The notes below the pieces were generated by a model that saw nothing but the letters and a program-made list of their open reading frames with translations, did not search any database and was not told the DNA's origin. From contig JAZRBK010000188.1 of NCBI GenBank assembly GCA_045635025.1, positions 1-39,716 on the forward strand: a DNA stretch of 39,716 nucleotides, written 5' to 3'. Position numbers and translations under genes: made by a program. This DNA is from Candidatus Scatosoma sp. (lineage in GTDB: Bacteria > Bacillota > Clostridia > Christensenellales > Borkfalkiaceae). Positions 14,502-23,261 of the stretch are shown piece by piece. Every line of letters starts with the position of its first letter. Within the stretch, counting starts at the first letter, position 1.

Positions 14502-14565
14502 ATTTGGAAAGGTTGTCAACATACCGTAGTTTTTCTACACTTCCGTAATGTTTTTACGGCAGGGC

Positions 14566-14591
14566 AAAAAAGACCCCGCGCGGGGTCTTTT
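14566..14591 (-). terminator. Rho-independent terminator after the 1379-aa gene; bidirectional in shape
   Basis: AAAAAA GACCCCGCGCGGGGTC TTTT. Confidence 0.8.
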
Positions 14592-14613
14592 AATTGTTCT
14601 ATGTGGAACATTT

Positions 14614-17600
14614 TTACTGCTTGTTTGTGAATACCTTTGCCTTGTTTGGTGCGCCGATATACCAAGTATAGTGAGGGAAGAAGTAATCGTTTTTGGCGAT
14701 AGTGAATTTTTGGGATAATCCGCTTTGTCCGCTTTCCATAATTGCAACTGCTTGCATAGTTTCTCTTATATCGGGGGAAAGCCCCTCTATCCAAGACATA
14801 TCGACCACGATTTTGTTGCCGCTTGTTGTGATAATTGCAGGGTGGTCTAAATCTTCCTCGTATTCGGCTAAAATGCTGTCAACGCTTATATAGCCGTTTG
14901 TCATCTTATTCACCTTTGACGAAAGCACAACGACCTTTGCTTTGTTCTTCTTGTTATTATCAAAGAAGAACGGGGAAATAACAAACTCATCGCTTTCGGC
15001 AATTTGAATAAGGTTGTAATTGAAATGCAGGGTTTCTCGGCAGTCCTTAAACAAGACAATGCTTTTCCCGATATTTGCCGTGTTGGAAACAATGGGGGTT
15101 GCGTTGCCCTGCGTATAGCGCGGGACATACTCTTGTTTTTCATCGTCCCAAGCGAAGTAAACATATCCGTCCCATTCGCCGAGTTCATTATTCCAAATTT
15201 GCGCGCCAACATAAGAGCCGCTAACGCGCCTATAAAGGTAATAAGCCAAAATCGCGGTATTATCATTGTTTATTACGCCCATAAGGATAACATCTCCGTT
15301 GGCGGCGGCATTTCCCGTTGCCGCAAGTATCTTTCCGTCGAGGTATGCGGTTAAATTCGCTTGCCCTGCTTCAAAACTTGACAATATATCGTTAGAGGTT
15401 GCCGTTAAGTAAGTGAATGATATAACGCTGTAAACAACACCTGCGGACGGAGTTATCGGCGTAACGCCGTCGTGGGGGACAAGCCAAGAGGACGAGAACA
15501 GCGTGCTATCCGTCTTTATATCCACTTCCATTTCAACGGAGTTCTCGCCAAAAAGCGGGGACTTTGGCAGGGAGCGGATTTGGTCGGACGAAAGTTTTAA
15601 TTCGCCATAAAGGGCAAAATCAAGCAACCCTGCCTTGCCGTACTTATCGCAATATTGCACCGCGCGCATTGTGCGGTAGGCATTATCGGCGGTGGGGTTG
15701 TCTTGCATAGTAATTTCCGCGCTCACTTCGTCGCCTGCGGAAAAGTTATCGACCATATCCCATTCATAGGTCAAAGTACCGCCGCTTTGGTAAGCGTTGA
15801 CGGGGTGGAGCATATCTTTTGACAGGCTACGCACGCCAAAAGTCCCCTCGTTCCCGTTGTCCTTATCACCACGGAAACTTGACAAAGCCCATTTCAAATA
15901 AGTGCTTCCATTCCCGAAGATAAGATTTTTGGTATGCTCAATATCCGCAATAAACCCTGCGCTTTCGTCAATTTCGTCGCTTTTTGTCGTGACGAGCAAA
16001 TAGTCATTGATAGCAACCTCGCGGTCTATCGCGCTTTGTTCGCTTATCTCAAAGAAACGAGGCTCGGACGGAATACCGATAATTGCGGAAAGTTGGTTGT
16101 AGTCCTTTGAGTATTCAACTACGCTTTCTATATGGTCGGGGTAGAAAATATGCGTAATTTTTGCGATATAATAAAGCCCCTCCCCTATCCAACAAAGGTC
16201 GCCCTTATGGAGAAGTTGTGCCAAGTGGTCGCACCATTGAGTTTCTTTGTAATTGTTGTTGCCCGTGCGAATGAGTTTACCAAACACATTTCTACCAAAC
16301 GCCACGCTATCAACAAGCGTGTCCTGTTGGTTGTTAAATTGCTTATGCGTCGGAACGCGGTCATATTTGCTTGCCAAAATGTAGGAACGCAAATCGGGGC
16401 GCGCGTGTTCAAGACGAGCCGTGTCTTTCGTGCGATATTCGACCTCAAAGATAAAATCATTCACTTTGACATCATACCACGGGCTATCCGAAATTTGCCA
16501 CCCCGACATTCCTGTGATATAAGGAATATTAAAGTTTTGGTCTAAAAATGCCGTTATGATGATTTTCTTAAAGGCATAATCGTGATATGGGTTTGTAACA
16601 GGCGTGGGGAGTTGATAATCGCCGCCCTTAATGACCTTATCACCAAGTTCATAATACATAGCAATACCTTTGTTCGGAACATCGTTTGCACGCACCGACA
16701 AAAGCCCGTAAATGTTCTTTTCGTAAATGTACGGCGTAAGGTCGGCGGTGTCCCCTTTGTGAATATCATAAGTGTCGTCACCAACTGTAATAGAATAGTT
16801 ATTGTCCGCGACCACGGTCAAGTTAAGCAATTCTATAATCGGCTTGCTCACAATGATACACGCTTCGTCATTATCGACAACAAAGTTCTCACTTTCGGTC
16901 TTTGCGACAACCTTTTCCTTAATGCTTCCACCGAGTTGTACAAGGTTATCCACATAAGAGGAACACGCGGAAATGTAATCGTCAACCTTTCGGAAGTTCA
17001 TAACGCTTGAACGAGTGTTGGAATTTTCGGTTGCGTCCATTCCGCCCAACTTCGTGAAAGTGATTTCGTATTTTTCGTCTTTGCCAAAACTAACTTCGGG
17101 GATAGCGTGACAATACTTTCCGACTTCAAGCATAATCTCCCAAAGGTTCTTTTGGTGGAAAAAGGTTTCATTCACGCGCGTTAGGCGCAGGGTGTCTTTG
17201 GAAATTTTATCACCGCCGCCCTCGCCTACATAGAAAGGATAAGGCGCGTTGTTTGCGTCAAGGTCAGCCGCGCTTGTCCCGTCCTCTTTGAAATAGGTAT
17301 CGGAATTTGCAATAGCCTTTATAAGCATATTATATGCGGTATATTCAACGCCTTGTTCAAGAACGGCGGTTTCGTTTCCGCTTGCATAGGTTGTAAAAGC
17401 GCAAGTTACACCCGAAGTGGAAATACCGCGCGTTGTGCAACTTACAGTTTCAGCGTATTGGTCTATAAACGCGCCAATACCGCCCGTAACTCTACGCGTT
17501 TTCTTTTTCGTATAATTAAAGGTAGTATAGTTGTCGGGTGTATTTGCACCAACAACATATTTCCCCACGCTATCGGAAAAGCCAATAAGCGGCATTGACG

Positions 17601-18753
17601 GAGTGCCGCCCACTTCTTCGATAAATAATTCTACGGAATAAGTGCTATCGTCATTTACTTCAAATTGCGCCGTGAACACATTATCAGCCAAAGTATCATC
17701 AAGCGTCCTGCTCCCCGCTCCGTCGGTCGTATATTGACGGAAAAGGAATTTTGATACGGGATAATCATTTTGCAGTTCTACTTCCTCTTGTTCAATAAGA
17801 TAGTGCGCTTTAACATCGGCAGGAACATCACCTTGCGGAATATCCCACTTATAGGGGAAAGTTGTATCAACAGTATTCCCAAGATTTGAGTTAGACAAAA
17901 ACTGCTCTTTCGGAAAAACATTTACAGTTCCGTCCGCCATAGTTTCGATTATGACCGCGTAAAAAGACGCAACGCCAATATCGGCAAATGCAGGGGATAA
18001 TACTCGCGGCGGTCTATGCGCGGGGTTTTCGTCCGTTCCGTCAATTCTTCCCCACATAATATGGGGGACGGGGATTTCCAATTTCGCCCATTTTTTTCCG
18101 TTTCCGTCTTGTTGAATATCCGCCGTCTTAATGTATCTTAACTCCGTGCGCTGTTCAACATTGTTTGTATCGGTATAGACAAAACGAACACGGCTTCCGT
18201 CCGTCTTTTTTCTCCAATAGATATATTTACCGAAAGAAGTGTTGCGCGTGCGAGAATAGGTAGTTTCGTCAACATAGTTCCCAAAGCCGCGTTGAACATA
18301 CGGCTCTTGATTATTTCCTATGTCCGTAACGCTATCCTCTAAAATGTCGAGCGCAGTTTGCGTTTCAAGGCTAACATCTTTCAGTTTATAGGTTATTGCA
18401 ATATTGTCCACGACGCGCTTTTGCGCGACAACGGCAGGCTCTATAAGCGTAATGCTATGCACATAATATTCGTCGTCCGACAAAATGGGCTTTTCCACCA
18501 AATCTTCCTGCACGACGCGGTGGTAGGTAAAGGTCAAGCCGTCCTGCTCTACCACATCAATGATAAACTTTGTTTCGGGGTCAAACGCGGTCTTGCGCGG
18601 CAATCCGTGCAAAGTGATTTCCGAAAGGTCAAGTTCTTCGGTAATATCTTCGGTATTTTGCGCGCCCGACAAAACATAATCGGACAAATCCTCGCCGCGA
18701 TACCCGTTTGCTTCTTGTGTGCTGTCGTACAAATAAAGATTTACCCCTATCAT
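14614..18753 (-). CDS. Large virion/tail-tip protein (1379 aa)
   Basis: This is the longest ORF. Its N-terminus (YRGEDLSDYVLSG...) loosely resembles distal-tail-protein openings. It follows a Gly-rich TM protein. Confidence 0.5.
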   Translation of the reverse strand: MIGVNLYLYDSTQEANGYRGEDLSDYVLSGAQNTEDITEELDLSEITLHGLPRKTAFDPETKFIIDVVEQDGLTFTYHRVVQEDLVEKPILSDDEYYVHSITLIEPAVVAQKRVVDNIAITYKLKDVSLETQTALDILEDSVTDIGNNQEPYVQRGFGNYVDETTYSRTRNTSFGKYIYWRKKTDGSRVRFVYTDTNNVEQRTELRYIKTADIQQDGNGKKWAKLEIPVPHIMWGRIDGTDENPAHRPPRVLSPAFADIGVASFYAVIIETMADGTVNVFPKEQFLSNSNLGNTVDTTFPYKWDIPQGDVPADVKAHYLIEQEEVELQNDYPVSKFLFRQYTTDGAGSRTLDDTLADNVFTAQFEVNDDSTYSVELFIEEVGGTPSMPLIGFSDSVGKYVVGANTPDNYTTFNYTKKKTRRVTGGIGAFIDQYAETVSCTTRGISTSGVTCAFTTYASGNETAVLEQGVEYTAYNMLIKAIANSDTYFKEDGTSAADLDANNAPYPFYVGEGGGDKISKDTLRLTRVNETFFHQKNLWEIMLEVGKYCHAIPEVSFGKDEKYEITFTKLGGMDATENSNTRSSVMNFRKVDDYISACSSYVDNLVQLGGSIKEKVVAKTESENFVVDNDEACIIVSKPIIELLNLTVVADNNYSITVGDDTYDIHKGDTADLTPYIYEKNIYGLLSVRANDVPNKGIAMYYELGDKVIKGGDYQLPTPVTNPYHDYAFKKIIITAFLDQNFNIPYITGMSGWQISDSPWYDVKVNDFIFEVEYRTKDTARLEHARPDLRSYILASKYDRVPTHKQFNNQQDTLVDSVAFGRNVFGKLIRTGNNNYKETQWCDHLAQLLHKGDLCWIGEGLYYIAKITHIFYPDHIESVVEYSKDYNQLSAIIGIPSEPRFFEISEQSAIDREVAINDYLLVTTKSDEIDESAGFIADIEHTKNLIFGNGSTYLKWALSSFRGDKDNGNEGTFGVRSLSKDMLHPVNAYQSGGTLTYEWDMVDNFSAGDEVSAEITMQDNPTADNAYRTMRAVQYCDKYGKAGLLDFALYGELKLSSDQIRSLPKSPLFGENSVEMEVDIKTDSTLFSSSWLVPHDGVTPITPSAGVVYSVISFTYLTATSNDILSSFEAGQANLTAYLDGKILAATGNAAANGDVILMGVINNDNTAILAYYLYRRVSGSYVGAQIWNNELGEWDGYVYFAWDDEKQEYVPRYTQGNATPIVSNTANIGKSIVLFKDCRETLHFNYNLIQIAESDEFVISPFFFDNNKKNKAKVVVLSSKVNKMTNGYISVDSILAEYEEDLDHPAIITTSGNKIVVDMSWIEGLSPDIRETMQAVAIMESGQSGLSQKFTIAKNDYFFPHYTWYIGAPNKAKVFTNKQ

Positions 18754-19316
18754 CTTAATCTCCCTGTGGTAAGGCTTACTTGCGCCCTCGCGCGCTTGTA
18801 TTCAATGCCGTTCTCCTCTTTGAAAACCTTTGCGTCATATTCGCGGTACTTGCCTTTGTACTTATAGAACAAAGACGCCCCTGCTGTAATCGCACCGACA
18901 GTCGCGCCAATAAGCGAGCCTGCAATGCCGCCCGCCGAGCCGTAAGTCGCACCGATAGCAACAGCGGAAGCCAACTGCGTTCCGTCCAATGCAATTTCCA
19001 AATTCCTTTGCACCGCTTCTTGCATAGCCTCATCGCCGTTCTTATATCCTATACCGCCAATTCTATAATTCGCGTAAAGGCGACCAACCATAATTCCTGC
19101 CGCAAGCACCTTTGTGGTGTTTATACGGGCAAAGTTATACCCGCGTTTGAAGTCCGATTTGCTTCCACCGCCGTTTGCGCTTCCTTGTGCCTGCCCCTCC
19201 GCATTGCTTCCAACTTGTTCCGCGTTTTTGGTGTTTGCCCCCGCAGTTGCCGCTTCGTAGTTGTCTTTGGTAACAACAACTTCTATTCTTTGTGTCCCTT
19301 GATTGAAAACTGCCAT
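18750..19316 (-). CDS. Gly/Ala-rich protein with hydrophobic segments (188 aa); tape-measure-like or ejection protein candidate
   Basis: It contains AVAIGATYGSAGGIAGSLIGATVGAITAGASLFY and lies directly upstream of the tail-tip gene. Confidence 0.4.
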   Translation of the reverse strand: MAVFNQGTQRIEVVVTKDNYEAATAGANTKNAEQVGSNAEGQAQGSANGGGSKSDFKRGYNFARINTTKVLAAGIMVGRLYANYRIGGIGYKNGDEAMQEAVQRNLEIALDGTQLASAVAIGATYGSAGGIAGSLIGATVGAITAGASLFYKYKGKYREYDAKVFKEENGIEYKRARAQVSLTTGRLR

Positions 19317-20401
19317 TATACAACCTCCTCGTGCGGCGTTTGGTCTTTACTTCTACCGCGCAGGGTCATAGAGTTCAAAGTAAAGTCGCAGTTCACAACT
19401 TGCTTTGACGCTTCCGTAATGGTAAAGGCATAAAGGTATTCTTGCTTCTTTTGCTCGTTGGGATAAAGAACGGATATTTTCGCATATACAGGCTCGTTTA
19501 ATTCGGCGATTTCGGTGTTCGCCCAATCTTCTTCGCCCTCCTCTCTCATTCCAATAGCACCCGACGCATAGAATATCTTATTAAATTCCTCAATAAATTC
19601 ATTGTCTTTGAAGTCAAAGAACGGAATTGCCCAAGTGTTTGAAATCGCGGAATTTATCACGCCCGTCTTATCGGGGTGTTTCATAAACGGAACACCCGAA
19701 AAAGTGCGAATACTTTGCATTTTGCACTCGGTAAACGGCAGTTTGTACCAATTCTCTTTATCAAATGAAAATTCCACTTCCGTGTCCGCGTAAGAATACG
19801 CTTCCGCCATATAGGAAATGGTGAAATTGAACGATACCACTACCGTTGACCCAAGTTGCGTCATAGAGGGTTCTTCGTCATACAGGATAATGCCCATATT
19901 GATAAAGGCGGCGAGTTTCTTGCCAAAGTTGTTGACAATTTCCTGCGGCGCGCCAATATATTTGTTGTGTATCTTTTGAGCGTAAGCGTCAAGAAGCGCG
20001 ACCTTGTTTGTTTGCATAACAAGAGTTACGCGCCCCGTAATGTCCGCCGCGTCAATGTCCTGCGAAGCAACGGCTTTGTTATCAAGAACTTCCACAATAG
20101 CAAGTGCTTGATTAAGGGAAAGGTTAAGGCTTTGCACCCACGCGTCAAAGCCCTCGTCATTCGGTTTTTTTTCTTCAAGCCTATTTTTCCAAGTATAAAA
20201 TTTAATGTTAAGATATTCGGCGAGGTCTTTCTCCCCAAGAGATATGCCCTGCTCGTCATAAAGGACGATATTTTCGCTGTTTTCATTCACATAGGGAATT
20301 TCATCGGCAGTACCCTTTGTCGCGCGATGTTGCGCCAAATTCCCGTTGTAAATGTACTCCACAAGCCTTTTTACATCATCGGTTGTAAGGTTAGTCCTCA
20401 T
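19316..20401 (-). CDS. Virion structural protein candidate (361 aa)
   Basis: ORF trimmed to MRTNLTTDD by its ATGA overlap; GGTGGGGGAG RBS; synteny only. Confidence 0.5.
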   Translation of the reverse strand: MRTNLTTDDVKRLVEYIYNGNLAQHRATKGTADEIPYVNENSENIVLYDEQGISLGEKDLAEYLNIKFYTWKNRLEEKKPNDEGFDAWVQSLNLSLNQALAIVEVLDNKAVASQDIDAADITGRVTLVMQTNKVALLDAYAQKIHNKYIGAPQEIVNNFGKKLAAFINMGIILYDEEPSMTQLGSTVVVSFNFTISYMAEAYSYADTEVEFSFDKENWYKLPFTECKMQSIRTFSGVPFMKHPDKTGVINSAISNTWAIPFFDFKDNEFIEEFNKIFYASGAIGMREEGEEDWANTEIAELNEPVYAKISVLYPNEQKKQEYLYAFTITEASKQVVNCDFTLNSMTLRGRSKDQTPHEEVV

Positions 20402-21000
20402 ATCTCCCCCACCTTGCGTTCCCAACGCAGTTTGTTTTCCTCATAGGAGTGGTGATTTCCTATGTCAATGTCCGAAACGCCGAACTTCTTTTGCGTTTGC
20501 GGATAATTCCCATAATAGAGGTTTTGCATTATGTCATTCATAAATTGCATTTTCCCTCTCCGTGTTTGCAACGCCGCCTTAACCTGCGCGATAGACTTCT
20601 CCCGAAGCCATAATTTCGGCGCGTCGTGGTTGCGCTCACCCTCTTTGACAGCCGCCCTTATCATATCGGCATTGTTCGCCGTGAACTCCAAGAGCGTCTT
20701 TGCGCCGAGCAACCTTTGGTAAACAGCCTCCACGCAGTCGTCTTGATTTTCCACAAGATTTCCACCAAGCGTTATCAAGTTGCCCAACTTGTGCGACACA
20801 AGCGGCTCGTAAAACCTCCTTGCCGCCGCAACCGAGTTGTCATACACCACGCGCCCCACCGAACGCAGGTTCGTGGTGCGGTGCGTTTTCCCCTGCGCGT
20901 CCTCGCGTTCTTTGTAATTCACAAGGGGAAGCAAGCCGCGCAATTCCTTTGCGTTAAATATCTCCGCAAGGGTGAAAGTTTGCGTGTAGCCCCCTGCCAT
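20398..21000 (-). CDS. Virion-module hypothetical protein (200 aa)
   Basis: ORF track; TAATG coupling. Confidence 0.6.
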   Translation of the reverse strand: MAGGYTQTFTLAEIFNAKELRGLLPLVNYKEREDAQGKTHRTTNLRSVGRVVYDNSVAAARRFYEPLVSHKLGNLITLGGNLVENQDDCVEAVYQRLLGAKTLLEFTANNADMIRAAVKEGERNHDAPKLWLREKSIAQVKAALQTRRGKMQFMNDIMQNLYYGNYPQTQKKFGVSDIDIGNHHSYEENKLRWERKVGEI

Positions 21001-22031
21001 TATAGTATGTTGTTAAGCCGCGCAAAGTACACATTATACTTTTTCGGCATACGCTTTTCGTCCCTCGTCGTGTCCTCCACATAATAAAGGTGTCCGTCTA
21101 TCACAACAAGGTCATCGTGGTCAAGTTTGATATGGTCGTTAAAGTGTTTTATCTCCATTGAGTTTAACGGGGCGATAGCACCCTTGATAATTTGATTTTC
21201 GCTCCCCTCAATCGGTCCGCGTATCATATAGTCGAAAGTCCCCACGCGGTAATACTTGTTCGTTTGGTAGCGCGCCACATCGTTGAACAGCGCGGATAAG
21301 AGGTCAAGCCCCGTCGCCATAAACTTAACGGTAATGGAAATCTCAATATGTTCAGCGGGGGAAATAATACCCCCAATATCCATTGTATAGGGCTTTACAA
21401 GTCCATTGTTATCCGCAATTGCCCGCAGGGGAAAATTGGTTTCCGTGTCATCGGGGACAACATAATCGCCCGACGGTGGAATAGCCGCGCTTCCGCCAAA
21501 ATAATAACTCTTATCGCCCAAATTGAGAATACAGTAAAATTCGTCAAGTTGATAGCCTGTTTTTTGGTAAATCGTGATTTCGTCCACGGGCTTTGTCAAA
21601 ATATTTTTGATATTATGGGTCTTGAAAAAAGTGAGATAAGTCCCTGCGCCCATACCTCCAACATCAACGGTGATTTCAACTTCGTGTTCGCCATTCTCAC
21701 CGACATCGGAAAGTTTTATGCGCTCCCAAACATAAATTGTTGACCAATCATCGCCAAATTTCTCCCTCGTCGCCGTGAAACGGAAAACAAAGTCCCCGTA
21801 ACGATAAAAGGCATATTCGTCAATAGGGACGCGCTTTTCATATTGCGTGTCATAAAAAGGCGCGGGAATGAATTTGTAGTTCTCCGTGTCAAAAACATAG
21901 GAGGTGATATACATTCCGTCCTTATAATAGACATAACAAACGCGCTTTTCGGTCGCCGTTTCAAGGTCTGTAAAACGCTTGTAAAGTACGGCGCGCGGAT
22001 TATGTACGGTGGACTTCGGCTTTAATCTCAT
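21000..22031 (-). CDS. Virion-module hypothetical protein (343 aa)
   Basis: ORF track. Confidence 0.6.
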   Translation of the reverse strand: MRLKPKSTVHNPRAVLYKRFTDLETATEKRVCYVYYKDGMYITSYVFDTENYKFIPAPFYDTQYEKRVPIDEYAFYRYGDFVFRFTATREKFGDDWSTIYVWERIKLSDVGENGEHEVEITVDVGGMGAGTYLTFFKTHNIKNILTKPVDEITIYQKTGYQLDEFYCILNLGDKSYYFGGSAAIPPSGDYVVPDDTETNFPLRAIADNNGLVKPYTMDIGGIISPAEHIEISITVKFMATGLDLLSALFNDVARYQTNKYYRVGTFDYMIRGPIEGSENQIIKGAIAPLNSMEIKHFNDHIKLDHDDLVVIDGHLYYVEDTTRDEKRMPKKYNVYFARLNNIL

Positions 22032-22034
22032 ATC

Positions 22035-22595
22035 TCACCAATCCTTGCCTTCGGGACGGAATTTGTAAGGGCGATAATAGTTAAGTCCGAGTTGGCGCAA
22101 CAAAAGCACCGCGTCTTTGTGGAAATCGCGGTCTTGCTCCCTCATAACATCGGCACTCATATTTTGCATAGTGTCAAGGTCAATTCCGCTCACGGACGAA
22201 ATATCGCCGTTATCCAAAAGGTAACAGCCCTCAATGAACATCGCTTCAAGGAAAGTTTTGCGGTATTCGTACATATCCCAAGTACGCAAGCCCCTCTTTG
22301 CGATAATGTAATTCAGCGTGGCGCGAGGGTTCATCGCGGAGTGGGCATAAACATAGGTGTAAACCTTTAAGCGCAAGGCTTTAAGGAAATGGGCAACCCT
22401 GTCGGGTTCAGTTCCCAATTCGCTTTCTTCTTCAAGGTTGCGCCCGCGCTGTTCAAAGTATTCCGCCGTCAGTTCATATTGATGGTCGCTTCCGACATAG
22501 CGCGCGTCTTCGTCCGAAAACGGGAAATGAATTTGCGCCTCGTCCAATTCAGCCAACTGCGACTTCGTGTAATAAGGTGCTACATAAGAGTTCAT
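22035..22595 (-). CDS. Virion-module hypothetical protein (186 aa); head-tail connector candidate
   Basis: ORF track; position downstream of the capsid gene only. Confidence 0.4.
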   Translation of the reverse strand: MNSYVAPYYTKSQLAELDEAQIHFPFSDEDARYVGSDHQYELTAEYFEQRGRNLEEESELGTEPDRVAHFLKALRLKVYTYVYAHSAMNPRATLNYIIAKRGLRTWDMYEYRKTFLEAMFIEGCYLLDNGDISSVSGIDLDTMQNMSADVMREQDRDFHKDAVLLLRQLGLNYYRPYKFRPEGKDW

Positions 22596-23086
22596 TGTTT
22601 ATCTCCCCCAAAACCCCCCGTGCGTTTAACATACGCGTCATAGGTTTCGTAGTTGTTCATCAATTTTTCGGTTTTCGTGCCGCCCGTAATGGCGAACTTG
22701 CTTTCCGCTTCCTTGCCCGTAAAGCCGCCGATTTCCGAGTTGTACACGCCCAAAGCCTTTGCACGCGCCTCCTTTTGTCTTTGCTCGGCGGTAGTGCCAA
22801 AGCCCTGTTTTACCCCCAATTCCTTGTTGGTATAGGCGTTGGTCGGTTGCGTGTTCGCGGGCATTTCGGGTTGGGCGGTGGAAGTCCGCAAAACAGTACC
22901 CGTGGTCGGGAAAGCGCGCGCCCCCTCTTTTCCGTGCGAGTGCGCTATGACCTGCAAAATTTGGTCTTTACGAACATTATCGGCAACAAGGTAGGTGTAA
23001 CCGCCCTTGCCTCTACCGCCTTTCGGCGTGCCGTTTGGGTTCGTTGCTTGTTCGTCCCCGTGTCCGTAACCGATTTGTGCAAAACG
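22592..23086 (-). CDS. Virion-module hypothetical protein (about 164 aa); start uncertain
   Basis: The ORF-track GTG at 23101 abuts the RBS, so the ATG at 23086 (MRFAQIGYGHG) is preferred. Confidence 0.55.
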   Translation of the reverse strand, partial: RFAQIGYGHGDEQATNPNGTPKGGRGKGGYTYLVADNVRKDQILQVIAHSHGKEGARAFPTTGTVLRTSTAQPEMPANTQPTNAYTNKELGVKQGFGTTAEQRQKEARAKALGVYNSEIGGFTGKEAESKFAITGGTKTEKLMNNYETYDAYVKRTGGFGGDKQ

Positions 23087-23113
23087 CATAATTCCCAACA
23101 CTCCTTTTACTTC

Positions 23114-23142
23114 ATTATACTATAAATTCTCAAAAAAAGCAA
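23114..23142 (-). promoter_or_regulatory. Promoter: TTGCTT, 17-nt spacer, TATAAT
   Basis: On the minus strand, TTGCTT is at 23142-23137 and TATAAT at 23119-23114, immediately after the capsid terminator. Confidence 0.5.
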
Positions 23143-23174
23143 TAGAAAAAGGGCAACCCGCATTTAGGTTGCCC
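23132..23174 (-). terminator. Rho-independent terminator after the major capsid gene
   Basis: The hairpin GGGCAACC...GGGTTGCCC (23151-23174) is followed by a T-run on the minus strand. Two further GC-rich hairpins lie at about 23190-23260. Confidence 0.7.
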
Positions 23175-23261
23175 CAAGTTACCCCTTTTTCGGTAAGGTG
23201 GAGGGGGTGGGGGTCATAACTTCCCAACCCCTCCGTAAGTCACCACAAGGGGGTGTGGTGA

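Noticed and set aside
16946-16954. An isolated exact DnaA box inside the 1379-aa gene.
   Set aside because: It is a single occurrence in coding sequence with no neighbouring boxes or AT-rich tract, so it is most simply a chance match.
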